NCBI GenBank assembly: GCA_015064135.1
Contig: SVSU01000003.1
Span: forward strand, 1 to 42,621
Source: Oscillospiraceae bacterium
GTDB taxonomy: Bacteria; Bacillota; Clostridia; Oscillospirales; CAG-272
Length of the DNA stretch: 42,621 nucleotides
Direction of reading: 5' to 3'
Numbering within the stretch: the first letter of the stretch is position 1; the number at the start of each line of letters is the position of its first letter. Below are positions 27,337-36,997 of the stretch, in pieces. Both the position numbers and the translations under genes were made by a program. A model generated the notes under the pieces. The model did not search any database, was not told the DNA's origin, and worked only from the letters and a program-made list of their open reading frames with translations.

Positions 27337-28230
27337 ATGAAGCAGACGAAAGCTCACCCTCGCCGCAGGAGTGCAATGAATAAGCTGAAGATTCCTGCCA
27401 TCACCTCACCAATGGAAGCCGAGATTCTGTGGCTTCAGATGCAGTATCGGCATCTTGATGACCACAGGGTTTCCAAAAAGCTGCATCGCCACACCTTTTA
27501 CGAGATCCACTTCCAGCGAAAGGACCATACCGTTTATCAAATAGCAGAGTGGGGTGAGGTGACACTTTCCGAAGGTGAATATTTGCTTTTTCCGCCGGGG
27601 ACAGAGCACGTTATGAGCAGTGGAGGGGCGGAATATGAACGTCTGTCCCTGACCTTTGTGCTGAATGGTGGAGAGGATAATCCTGTTTACGCCGCTTTTC
27701 CCAAAAACGTGACCCACGGAAAGATCACGGAGGGGATGGAGGCCGCCATCCGCATTGCCCTGTCTGCTGAGGGTTGTCCGAGGGCAGTAATCCCGTATCT
27801 GATCAGGGAATCCGTGTGCGCTCTGCTCCTGATGCTTTCCTCCTCTCCGAAGGAGAAAAGCGGCTTTGCGGAGAGAGGGGTCAGTCGGGCGGAAGCCTCT
27901 GATGATGGAGAGGACGTTCGCCTGATCCATGCGCGGAAATTTATCGAGGACAACAGCACCCGACCTCTTTCGGTAACGGAAGCGGCTCAGGTGGTGCATC
28001 TGTCAGACAGGCAGCTTAACAGATTATTCAATGAAGCGGAAGGGGTATCGGTTGGCGAATACATCCGAAAGGCGCGCTGCGAGAGGATGAAGGAGCTTTT
28101 GACGGGGACAGAGCTGACCATCCGTGAGATCGCGGAGGCTTTGGGCTTCTCCAACGAGTACAACTGCATCCGCTTTTTTGAATCGGCGGAGGGTGTCAGC
28201 CCGGGACAGTATCGCAGACTGGCTCAGTAG
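27337..28230 (+). CDS. AraC-family transcriptional regulator
   Basis: Cupin LHRHTFYEIH...PPGTEH and a C-terminal double HTH (LSDRQLNRLF; IAEALGF...FF...GVSPGQYR). Alternative start at 27376. Confidence 0.92.
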   Translation: MKQTKAHPRRRSAMNKLKIPAITSPMEAEILWLQMQYRHLDDHRVSKKLHRHTFYEIHFQRKDHTVYQIAEWGEVTLSEGEYLLFPPGTEHVMSSGGAEYERLSLTFVLNGGEDNPVYAAFPKNVTHGKITEGMEAAIRIALSAEGCPRAVIPYLIRESVCALLLMLSSSPKEKSGFAERGVSRAEASDDGEDVRLIHARKFIEDNSTRPLSVTEAAQVVHLSDRQLNRLFNEAEGVSVGEYIRKARCERMKELLTGTELTIREIAEALGFSNEYNCIRFFESAEGVSPGQYRRLAQ

Positions 28231-28534
28231 AAGGAGAGAGTGGCAAAAGAGAATCATGCACACAACAATAAATAAAAAATACCGGGACAGATTTCACGAA
28301 AACGTGAGTCTGTCCCGGCTGTTGTTTGGTTTATGCAAGGGGATATACATCAGGCAGCATACTGTACTGGAACAGCAGGAGCGCGTCGCTGATGTCAGTT
28401 GTGCCGTCCTTTGTGAAGTCGGTGGAGCCGATGTAGGGAATGGGGTATACATCGGGAAGCATACTGAACTGGAAGAGCGCCAGCGCGTCTGAGATATCAA
28501 CGGTTTCGTCATGGTTGATGTCACCGAGGATTTC
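28164..28534. repeat. 371-bp direct repeat, copy 1 (araC 3' end + terminator + dockerin coding sequence)
   Basis: Aligns without gaps to 36997-37367 at an offset of 8,833 bp; 7 substitutions counted by eye. Confidence 0.97.
28282..28318. terminator. Bidirectional terminator between araC and the LRR gene
   Basis: CCGGGACAGATTTCACG-aaaa-CGTGAGTCTGTCCCGG flanked by A- and T-rich tracts. Confidence 0.8.
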
Positions 28535-31500
28535 TGTAGGTTCTGTGCCGGGCTTGGTTTCGGGCTCGGTTTCGGGCTCGGTTTCGGGCTCAGTCTCGGG
28601 TTCAGTTTCGGGCTCAGTCTCGGGCTCGGTTTCGGGCTCGGTTTCGGGCTCAGTCTCAGGCTCGGTTTCGGGAACGTTCTCGGCGACATCCCAATAGAGA
28701 GAGCAGTATGCACTGTTGTTTGTTAAATAATAGTCCTCAGGTTCCGGAACAAATTCTACAAAAACACGCGTTATAGACTTGTCTGTGAGTTCGAGCGTGT
28801 TGTGCAGTTTTTCGCCCGGTTCCAAAGTAATATCCTTAGTGAAAATAACCTCTCCATCTGTGTCATCACGCTTGATTATAAGTGTTCCGCTTCCGCTGAC
28901 AGATCCATTGTTGCGCGTGAGTGCATCTAAGAGTGGATCTTTCGAAACATAATACACTGATGCTTTTACAGAAATATCCGCAAAACGAACTGTGACAGAC
29001 TCAGTATCGGTTAAACCGTTTTCGTCGGTTACGGTAACAGATATGTCATTTTCTCCGTCGACAAACGTACAATTGAATGTGACAACAGTATTTTCTCCCG
29101 GAAGTATTTCGTTGTCAAACTCCTGTACGGATCCATCTTTTGCATACAGCGTAAACCCGGATGCTGCAGAGGTTCCGTTGTTCCTGATTTGTACCTTCAA
29201 CGAAACGAAATTATCCCCAAAGAGATCTGACGAGTTGTAATCGAGATAATCAATACCAAGGGAGGCAGCAGGTGCTTTATACGAGGAATACAGCGAGCTT
29301 TGTGTCTGCATATCGCTTTCAGATAAGGAGACATCTGTCTGACGGAACACGGTGAGCAAGTTTCCATCGAGAACAACCGTATCGAAACTGTCTATATATC
29401 CTTCGGATTTGATGAAACTGATGGGGTTTGACAAAACATTTCCGTTAAGAATATAACAGTAGATGTCACAGTTTCCGCTTTCTTCTTTTTCTTCTTCGCT
29501 GTAAACTCTGAGGAAGAAATACGTTGTCTCACCGTCGGTAACTACCTCGAAGTCATTGGAACTTCCAAAAGGCAGTGACTTGATAACGGTTTTTGTTTTC
29601 TTGGTGGATTTCATGCAAACGAGCTTGTTGTTTTCAATCCAGTAAGCATGATTGCCGCTGAATGTAATACTATTTGAAGCTCTGCCGGAGGCGATACACA
29701 TGGTTTGACCGTTTGTGTATGCCACGATGGAATTGTCCCCGACCGTGCTGAAATCGTTGTCCGTGTCATGTGCGACTACAACAACAGCGTTTTCTCCGTC
29801 AAATGAGCCGACAGCCAGAGCTGAGACTGCATCGGCATCTTCGCAAAGAACAGTGGGTTCGGTCCACGCACCGTCAATGAAATTGCTTGTGTAAAGGGTG
29901 TTGTTGCCGGTCATACCGAAGAGGTGGTTGTCATTGTTGCTTACCCATGCGGCAACAGGCACACCGTTCACGATGGTCATATCCGGCAGCAAATCAAATG
30001 TATTGTCTGCTGTAAGGAGAACGGGTTTATCAAATGTGCCGGATTCCCAATCGTATTTTGCAGCAGCAACTTCCATGGCACCTGCAATATCATAAGTATC
30101 ATCTGCATCGGATAAAGCTCTGTTTGCTTGGAGATATACAATCCAAATATCATTGCCGTCGGAGCAGAGCTTGAACATGGAGTCCGCGAGAGCGTTGCTG
30201 TCAACAGGCATGGGCTCACTCCAGGAGTTACCGTCCCAAAGAGAGTAAACCAGCTTTTGTGCATTGTAAATGTCATCGCTGCCGCTGTCGTTGAGGAACG
30301 CCATCATGGTAACGCCGTCCGCTGTTACGATCTGGGGATCCGCACCGTCATATACACCGCTCTGGAGTACACCGTCAGCAACGGATTGCCACTGTGAAGA
30401 GAGAGCAGTGGGGGCGGTTTCTGCGAAGGCATAGCGTTTGACATCGTATAATTCCGGACCCACCAGTGCGGACAGAGCGTTTGCGGAGGAATCTTGACCG
30501 TAGATGTACTTATTCCCCGCGAACAAAGCAACGTCAACCTTTAGCCCTTCAAACAGTCCGGATTTGGCATATAACCCAAACTCACCCATCAATTGGATAT
30601 ATTGCAAGCCTATTTCCGGTATAAGGTTGATACGGAATGCGAGGGAAGGTTTTCCGTAAACACCTGCTGAAAGAACTTTATTTCCAACACCGGCACGACA
30701 TAATGCGGCACCGGTTACAAGCATATCAAGGTTATACTCAGTAGGAAGTCGGAGTTTTCCTGATACTTTATCAATTTCGCATACGTCAATCAGGAGCTCT
30801 CCTTTGATAGTGAAATCGACTTCAAGACGAACCGAAATCGCACCGACAGGAACGGTCAATCCCGTACCGTTTGTATATTCGAGTGTAACAATTAACATAA
30901 TTTCAGGATTGTCGAAGATTCCTTTGTCATCAAATTTCAGAGTCAATCTACCGCCTACCTTAAACTTGAAATCGTGACTCGAAACAGGGTTTCCGGCCTT
31001 TTCCGAAACCTTATTCAGTGCTTTTTGAATATCGGAAAGTTTAGGTTTATTGTTTAATCTGACATTGAGTCCATAGCGAATATCCGAATTACTCAGCCTT
31101 CCCTCGATATCCCAACGCGGGGCCGCTATACTGAATTTCATACCGCCCAAAAAATCAACATCATCCGGAAGAACAAAGTCCCATGCATCCTTAAAGAAGT
31201 TATCAAACTCCACCAACCCCTGCGACACAACAACGATATTCAGTGATTTTGATGTAACCACATTATCCGCAGTATGCATCTCTACCGAAACGGGCTCGCC
31301 GGCTTTGAAGTTGCTGTTGTGTACCTTGAAGTTTGCAAAGCAGTATGTATCGGCAGGGCCGCCTTTGGCTTCACCGAGTACGGTGCTTCCCTGTTTCAGT
31401 ACAATTTTTGTAATATCGAAAAGGGAGGACTTACCCGACACGGAGATTTCCGCTGTCAAATCCGCTTTGTTGTTGATTTGTGAGACCTGGTTTGAAAGTT

Positions 31501-34500
31501 TCTGAGCATTGCAGGTCAGGGGGGTGAGTATTTTTTCATCTTTCGGGCTCATAATGATGACGAAGGTGGAGGAAGGGGAGACATTGAATTCTTCGTAATC
31601 ATCATAATCCGTTTTTTTGGCTGAGATGCTGATGGTTTCGCCGTCAGCGGGCATTTTAAATGTCAGCTCTCCGCTGCTGCCCGTGACGCCGGACTGTTTG
31701 CCGAATTTGACCGTAACGCCGCTGAGAGGAATGAGTTTGGTTTCGGTGAGAGGGTCATCCCATTCGCATACGGAAACGGTGCACACCTGCTCGGGCTCAG
31801 TCTCGGGCGCGGAGGTCTCTGGTGCGGTGGTCTCGGGCGCGGTGGTCTCGGGCTTGTCTTTGGGGACATATTCTCCTAAGGATATAAATTTTGATTTGCA
31901 ATACGCATTATTAAAACACATCTGCTCATTAACATAATAAGCTTCTCTGTGGATCCTAGTATGATGCCAAAACTCATCTTCTGCCTTAGAGTCGGAGAAT
32001 CCATACACTGTAACGGAGTTGATGGGGACTTCTCCTTCACAGCCAAACTCCCAAAGGTCAAGATATACCGTTGGATTGAGAATCGTTACACTTTTCACAT
32101 TGGTACAGCCGGCGAAGGCCTCATCGTCAAGCGAAGTAACATTCTCGGGAATCCTCACGCTTGTGAGCCCTTTGCAGCCGTAAAATGCACTTCCGCCAAT
32201 CGAAGTTACGCTGTCGGGAATGTCAATGGTTGTGAGCGCTGTGCAGTGGCAGAATGCACATTCACCAATAGAGGTAACGCTGTCACCGAGGCTCAAACTC
32301 GTGAGCCCAATGCAGCCGTAGAATGCCTCTTTACCAATCGAAGTAACACCGTCACCAATTATGACGCTTGAAAGCCTTTTGCAGGCCTCGAATGCACTTT
32401 CTCCAATCGAAGTAACACCGTCACCAATTATGACGCTTGAAAGCTCTGCGCAGCCACGGAATTTATAAGAACCAATATAAGTAACGCTGTCTCCTATTGT
32501 TACGCTTGTCAGTTTTTCATAGTCCCTAAAAATAAAGCCGGTAAGGGAAGGTACACCATTGCCGATAATTATGTTTTCCAACCCTGTGCAGCCGGAGAAT
32601 GCATAATAACCAATAGAAGTAACGCTGTCGGGGATATCAATTCTTGTGAGCCCTGTGCAGCCATAGAATGAACTGTCACCAATAGAAGTAACGCTGTCGG
32701 GGATATCAATTCTTGTGAGCCCTGTGCAGCCATAGAATGAACTGTCACCAATCGAAGTAACACTGTCTCCGAAGTCCACGTTTGTCAAAACATTGCAGTT
32801 GAAGAATGAACTGTCACCAATCGAAGTAACGCTGTTGCCGATGTTTATGTTTGCCAAACCTATACAGTCTTGAAAAGCACATTCTCCAATAGAAGTAACG
32901 TTGTCCGGAATTTCAAAGGTTGTGAGCCCTGTGCAGCCGGAAAATGCATAATCACCAATCGAAGTAACGCTGTTGCCGATGACCACGCTCGTGAGCCCTT
33001 TGCAATTGGAAAACGCGCTTTTGCCAATACAAGAGACACCGCTGCCGATAGTCACACTTTTCAAAGAGGTGTAGGAAGAGAATGCCTGTTCACCTATATA
33101 AGTAACACTGTCTCCGATGGTTATGTTTTCCACACTAATGTGTGAGTATGGACTGAATATATTTTTAAAATCCTCAACAAAAATCAAACTGTCGGTGGTC
33201 ACGCTTTTTAGTCCTATGCAATATTCGAATGCATCATGAAAAACCGAGGTAACACTGTTGCCGATGGTTATGTCTGTTAAATTTGTGCAGCGCATGAACG
33301 ATTCTGAGCCAATTGAAGTAACTCCGTCGCCTATGGTCACGTTTTTCAGTCCTGTGCAGCCGTAGAATGCCCAGTTACCAATGGAAGTAACGCTGTCGGG
33401 AATGTCAATGCTTGTGAGGCCAGTGCAGCCGTAAAATGCAGCTGTTCCAATGTCAGTAACACTTTCGGGGATATCAATGCTTGTCAGACTTGTACATCTG
33501 TTGAATGCTCTGGCGCCAATGGAAAACAAGCAGTTACCAAGGATAAATTCACTGTCGCCAAAGGACACACTTTTGAGGCCATAGCAGCCGGAGAATGCAT
33601 ATTCATCAATGTAAGTGACACTGTCGGGAATCTCAATGCTTGTTAAGTTTGAGCAGCCCTCGAATGCCTCTTTTCCTATCGAAGCAACGCTGTCTCCGAA
33701 GTCCACGTTTGTTAAACCACTGCAGCCTGAGAAGGCACTGCCGCCAATGTAAGAAACGCTGTCGCCGAATGTCACACTTTTGAGGCCGGTGCATCCAGAG
33801 AATGCACCCCCGTCAATCGAAGTAACACTGTCGGGAAATTCAATGCTTTTGAGGCTGGTGCATCCGGAGAATGCACCGCCGTCAATCGAAGTAACGCTGT
33901 CGCCAATAATTACATTCTCCAATCCTGTGCAACAATAGAATGATTTTCCACTGATCGACGTAATACTATTGCCAATCGTTATGCTTTTAAGATTTTCGTT
34001 TTCGTTAAAATAGAAGCCATTTAGGTCGGGGACACCATTGCCGATAATTACATTTTCCAAATTCGTGCAAATAAGAAATGCATAATCACCAATAGAGGTA
34101 ACGCCATTGCCGATAGTTACATCTGTTAATTCTTTGCAGCCACTGAATGCACTTTTGCCAATAGAGGTAACGCTGTCACCGATAACAACGCTTTTTAGTT
34201 TTTCATATGTTTTAAAATCAAAGCTGTTAAGGTCAGTCACACCGTTACCAATGGTTATTTTTTCTACATTCGAGCAACCTTTGAATGCATTTTTGCCAAT
34301 AGAGGTAACGCTGTCGGGAATGTCAATGCTTGTGAGGCCAGTGCAGCCGGAGAATGCAGCTGTTTCAATGTCAGTAACGCTGTCGGGAATGTCAATGCTT
34401 GTGAGGCCGGTGCAGCCGGAGAATGCCCCGGAACCAATAGAGGTAACGCTGTCGGGAATGTCAATGCTTGTGAGGCCAGTGCAGCCGGAGAATGCAGCTG

Positions 34501-36850
34501 TTTCAATGTCAGTAACGCTGTCGGGAATGTCAATGCTTGTGAGACCTGTGCAGCCGTAGAATGCCCGTATGCTGATAGAGGTAACGCTGTCGGGAATTTC
34601 AATGCTTGTGAGGCCGGTGCAGCCGTAAAATGTTTCGTCGCCAATCGAAGTAACACTTTCGGGAATGTAAATGCTTGTGAGGCCGGTGCAGCCTTCAAAT
34701 GCAGCTGTTCCAATGTCAGTAACGCTGTCGGGAATGTCAATGCTTGTGAGTCCTGTGCAGCCGGAGAATGCCCGTATGCCGATAGAGGTAACACTGTCGG
34801 GAATGTCAATGCTTGTGAGTCCTGTGCAGCCGTAAAAAGCCGAATTGCCAATGGAGGTAACGCCATTGCCGATGATAATGCTTTTCAGGTTTTCATAGAA
34901 ATAAAAGCTACTAAGACTACTTACACCATTGCCGATGGTTATGTTTTCCAACCCTGTACAGCCGTAAAATGCAGCTGTTCCAATGTAAGTAACGCTGTCG
35001 GGGATATCAATGCTTGTGAGCCCTGTGCAGCCGGAGAATGCAGCTGGTCCAATGTCAGTAACGCTGTCGGGAATGTCAATGCTTGTGAGGCCGGTGCAGC
35101 CGGAGAATGCCTCTCTTCCTATCGAAGTAACGCTGTTGGGAATCACAATACTTGTGAGTCTTGTGCAGCCTTTGAATGCCCAGATGCCAATCTCAGTAAC
35201 GCTGTCGGGAATGTCAATACTTGTGAGGCCGGTGCAGCCGGAGAATGCATAATCACCAATCGAAGTAAAGCTGTCGGGGATATCAATGCTTGTGAGCCCT
35301 GTGCAGCCGGAGAATGCAGCTGTTCCAATGTCAGTAACGCTGTCGGGAATGTCAATGCTTGTGAGCCCTGTGCAGCCTTTGAATGCCCGTATGCCGATAG
35401 AGGTAACACTGTCGGGAATGTCAATGCTTGTGAGTCCTGTGCAGCCGTCGAATGCATCTTCACCAATAGAGGTAACACTGTCGGGAATGTCAATGCTTGT
35501 GAGTCCTGTGCAGCCGTAGAATGCAGAATTACCAATCTCAGTAACGCTATCACCGATGGTTACGTTTGTGAGCGCTTTGCAGCCGTAGAATGCATGATAA
35601 CCAATATAAGTAACGCTGTCTCCTATTGTTACGCTTGTCAGTTTTTCATAGTCCGTAAAACTAAAGCCGTTAAGGTCAGGTACACCATTGCCGATAATTA
35701 TGTTTTCCAACCCGGTGCAGCCGTAAAATGTTTCGTCGCCAATCGAAGTAACGCTGTCGGGAATGTCAATGCTTGTGAGGCCAGTGCAGCCGTAAAATGC
35801 ATAATAACCAATGTAAGTAACGCTGTCGGGAATGTCAATGCTTGTGAGGCCAGTGCAGCCGTAAAATGCATAATAACCAATGTAAGTAACGCTGTCGGGA
35901 ATCTCAATGGTTGTGAGCGCTGTGCAGCCGTAGAATGCCCTGGAACCAATAGAGGTAACACTGTCGGGAATGTCAATGCTTGTGAGACCGGTGCAGTCTT
36001 CGAATGCACTGCCGCCAATCGAAGTAACGCTGTCTCCTATTGTTACGCTTGTGAGCCCTGTGCAGCCGTAAAATGCACTTTCGCCAATCGAAGTTACGCT
36101 GTCGGGAATGTCAATGGTTGTGAGCGCTGTGCAGCGGAGGAATGCAGCTGTTTCAATGTCAGTAACGCTGTCGGGAATGTCAATGGTTGTGAGCGCTGTG
36201 CAACCGTAGAATGTCCTGGAACCAATAGAGGTAACGCTGTTGGGAATAACAATACTTGTGAGGCCGGTGCAGCCGTAGAATGCATAATTGCCAATGGTCG
36301 TAACGCTGTCGGGAATGCCAATGCTTGTGAGGCCAGTGCAGCCGTAGAATGCATCATAACCAATAGAGGTAACGCTGTCGGGAATGTCAATGCTTGTGAG
36401 GCCGATGCAACCGTAGAATGCATAATCACCAATCGAAGTAACGCTGTCGGGAATGTCAATGGTTGTGAGCGCTGTGCAACCGTAGAATGTCCTGGAACCA
36501 ATAGAGGTAACGCTGTTGGGAATAACAATACTTGTGAGGCCGGTGCAGCCGTAGAATGCATAATAACCAATAGAGGTAACGCTGTCGCCGATGGTTACTT
36601 TATTTATGGATGTTCTGTGTGGATACCATGGCGCACCGGTATTGATTTTCCATGCACCCATTTTCCCCACGCCGTCAATCACCAACTCACCGTCGTCATA
36701 CAGTACCCACGTCAGGTTACCGCTGTTCGCACCGCATTCGCCTTCCGCCACGGCCTCTCTTGCACCGGCACCAACCGCGCAGAGCACCATACAAATCGCC
36801 GCAACACCAATGACCAATACCGCGCTTGCTAATTTTCTCATATATTTCAT
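28331..36850 (-). CDS. Giant secreted BspA/TpLRR (LRR_5) surface protein with C-terminal dockerin, 2,839 aa
   Basis: Signal peptide; GECG..NLTWVLYDDGELVIDG...APW cap; roughly 65 23-aa repeats LTSIDIPDSVTSIGxxAFxGCTG; PETTA linker; beta-rich region with propeller-like and CARDB-like segments; (PETE)n linker; twin Ca-loop dockerin GDINHDETVDISDA / DFTKDGTTDISDA. Confidence 0.93.
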   Translation of the reverse strand: MKYMRKLASAVLVIGVAAICMVLCAVGAGAREAVAEGECGANSGNLTWVLYDDGELVIDGVGKMGAWKINTGAPWYPHRTSINKVTIGDSVTSIGYYAFYGCTGLTSIVIPNSVTSIGSRTFYGCTALTTIDIPDSVTSIGDYAFYGCIGLTSIDIPDSVTSIGYDAFYGCTGLTSIGIPDSVTTIGNYAFYGCTGLTSIVIPNSVTSIGSRTFYGCTALTTIDIPDSVTDIETAAFLRCTALTTIDIPDSVTSIGESAFYGCTGLTSVTIGDSVTSIGGSAFEDCTGLTSIDIPDSVTSIGSRAFYGCTALTTIEIPDSVTYIGYYAFYGCTGLTSIDIPDSVTYIGYYAFYGCTGLTSIDIPDSVTSIGDETFYGCTGLENIIIGNGVPDLNGFSFTDYEKLTSVTIGDSVTYIGYHAFYGCKALTNVTIGDSVTEIGNSAFYGCTGLTSIDIPDSVTSIGEDAFDGCTGLTSIDIPDSVTSIGIRAFKGCTGLTSIDIPDSVTDIGTAAFSGCTGLTSIDIPDSFTSIGDYAFSGCTGLTSIDIPDSVTEIGIWAFKGCTRLTSIVIPNSVTSIGREAFSGCTGLTSIDIPDSVTDIGPAAFSGCTGLTSIDIPDSVTYIGTAAFYGCTGLENITIGNGVSSLSSFYFYENLKSIIIGNGVTSIGNSAFYGCTGLTSIDIPDSVTSIGIRAFSGCTGLTSIDIPDSVTDIGTAAFEGCTGLTSIYIPESVTSIGDETFYGCTGLTSIEIPDSVTSISIRAFYGCTGLTSIDIPDSVTDIETAAFSGCTGLTSIDIPDSVTSIGSGAFSGCTGLTSIDIPDSVTDIETAAFSGCTGLTSIDIPDSVTSIGKNAFKGCSNVEKITIGNGVTDLNSFDFKTYEKLKSVVIGDSVTSIGKSAFSGCKELTDVTIGNGVTSIGDYAFLICTNLENVIIGNGVPDLNGFYFNENENLKSITIGNSITSISGKSFYCCTGLENVIIGDSVTSIDGGAFSGCTSLKSIEFPDSVTSIDGGAFSGCTGLKSVTFGDSVSYIGGSAFSGCSGLTNVDFGDSVASIGKEAFEGCSNLTSIEIPDSVTYIDEYAFSGCYGLKSVSFGDSEFILGNCLFSIGARAFNRCTSLTSIDIPESVTDIGTAAFYGCTGLTSIDIPDSVTSIGNWAFYGCTGLKNVTIGDGVTSIGSESFMRCTNLTDITIGNSVTSVFHDAFEYCIGLKSVTTDSLIFVEDFKNIFSPYSHISVENITIGDSVTYIGEQAFSSYTSLKSVTIGSGVSCIGKSAFSNCKGLTSVVIGNSVTSIGDYAFSGCTGLTTFEIPDNVTSIGECAFQDCIGLANINIGNSVTSIGDSSFFNCNVLTNVDFGDSVTSIGDSSFYGCTGLTRIDIPDSVTSIGDSSFYGCTGLTRIDIPDSVTSIGYYAFSGCTGLENIIIGNGVPSLTGFIFRDYEKLTSVTIGDSVTYIGSYKFRGCAELSSVIIGDGVTSIGESAFEACKRLSSVIIGDGVTSIGKEAFYGCIGLTSLSLGDSVTSIGECAFCHCTALTTIDIPDSVTSIGGSAFYGCKGLTSVRIPENVTSLDDEAFAGCTNVKSVTILNPTVYLDLWEFGCEGEVPINSVTVYGFSDSKAEDEFWHHTRIHREAYYVNEQMCFNNAYCKSKFISLGEYVPKDKPETTAPETTAPETSAPETEPEQVCTVSVCEWDDPLTETKLIPLSGVTVKFGKQSGVTGSSGELTFKMPADGETISISAKKTDYDDYEEFNVSPSSTFVIIMSPKDEKILTPLTCNAQKLSNQVSQINNKADLTAEISVSGKSSLFDITKIVLKQGSTVLGEAKGGPADTYCFANFKVHNSNFKAGEPVSVEMHTADNVVTSKSLNIVVVSQGLVEFDNFFKDAWDFVLPDDVDFLGGMKFSIAAPRWDIEGRLSNSDIRYGLNVRLNNKPKLSDIQKALNKVSEKAGNPVSSHDFKFKVGGRLTLKFDDKGIFDNPEIMLIVTLEYTNGTGLTVPVGAISVRLEVDFTIKGELLIDVCEIDKVSGKLRLPTEYNLDMLVTGAALCRAGVGNKVLSAGVYGKPSLAFRINLIPEIGLQYIQLMGEFGLYAKSGLFEGLKVDVALFAGNKYIYGQDSSANALSALVGPELYDVKRYAFAETAPTALSSQWQSVADGVLQSGVYDGADPQIVTADGVTMMAFLNDSGSDDIYNAQKLVYSLWDGNSWSEPMPVDSNALADSMFKLCSDGNDIWIVYLQANRALSDADDTYDIAGAMEVAAAKYDWESGTFDKPVLLTADNTFDLLPDMTIVNGVPVAAWVSNNDNHLFGMTGNNTLYTSNFIDGAWTEPTVLCEDADAVSALAVGSFDGENAVVVVAHDTDNDFSTVGDNSIVAYTNGQTMCIASGRASNSITFSGNHAYWIENNKLVCMKSTKKTKTVIKSLPFGSSNDFEVVTDGETTYFFLRVYSEEEKEESGNCDIYCYILNGNVLSNPISFIKSEGYIDSFDTVVLDGNLLTVFRQTDVSLSESDMQTQSSLYSSYKAPAASLGIDYLDYNSSDLFGDNFVSLKVQIRNNGTSAASGFTLYAKDGSVQEFDNEILPGENTVVTFNCTFVDGENDISVTVTDENGLTDTESVTVRFADISVKASVYYVSKDPLLDALTRNNGSVSGSGTLIIKRDDTDGEVIFTKDITLEPGEKLHNTLELTDKSITRVFVEFVPEPEDYYLTNNSAYCSLYWDVAENVPETEPETEPETEPETEPETEPETEPETEPETEPETEPETKPGTEPTEILGDINHDETVDISDALALFQFSMLPDVYPIPYIGSTDFTKDGTTDISDALLLFQYSMLPDVYPLA
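28555..28672. repeat. 12-bp coding tandem repeat (PETE)x~10 linker
   Basis: Units of GGTTTCGGGCTC with a few synonymous variants. Confidence 0.95.
31796..31855. repeat. 15-bp coding tandem repeat (PETTA/PETSA) linker
   Basis: KPETTAPETTAPETSAPETEPE separates the LRR array from the C-terminal half. Confidence 0.85.
32090..36605. repeat. 69-bp-period LRR-coding tandem array
   Basis: Recurrent GTAACGCTGTCGGGAATGTCAATGCTTGTGAG..TGTGCAGCCG every 69 bp. Confidence 0.97.
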
Positions 36851-36885
36851 GCTGTCTCTCCTTTGTCTGTTTTCCTTACTTCTTC

Positions 36886-36914
36886 ATTATATCATATATT
36901 TATCCGGATTTCAA
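36886..36914 (-). promoter_or_regulatory. Sigma-A promoter of the LRR gene
   Basis: TTGAAA-17 bp-TATAAT with an extended TG; AAAGGAGA RBS downstream. Confidence 0.8.
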
Positions 36915-36997
36915 CCAAAATCCGGTGTATTTCTCCCTAAAAAATTCACACAAAGCTCCTTGACTTGTTTTGTGGAATGACTTGTATAAAAACTATC

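Noticed and set aside
32090-36605. 69-bp periodic array as a CRISPR array
   Set aside because: The period is exactly 23 codons within an open frame, there are no unique spacers, and no cas genes or leader are present.
34107-36832. Long alternative-frame and antisense ORFs in the LRR array (e.g. 35594-36832, 412 aa)
   Set aside because: They are stop-free by-products of a repeated 69-bp unit and lack an RBS or independent motifs.
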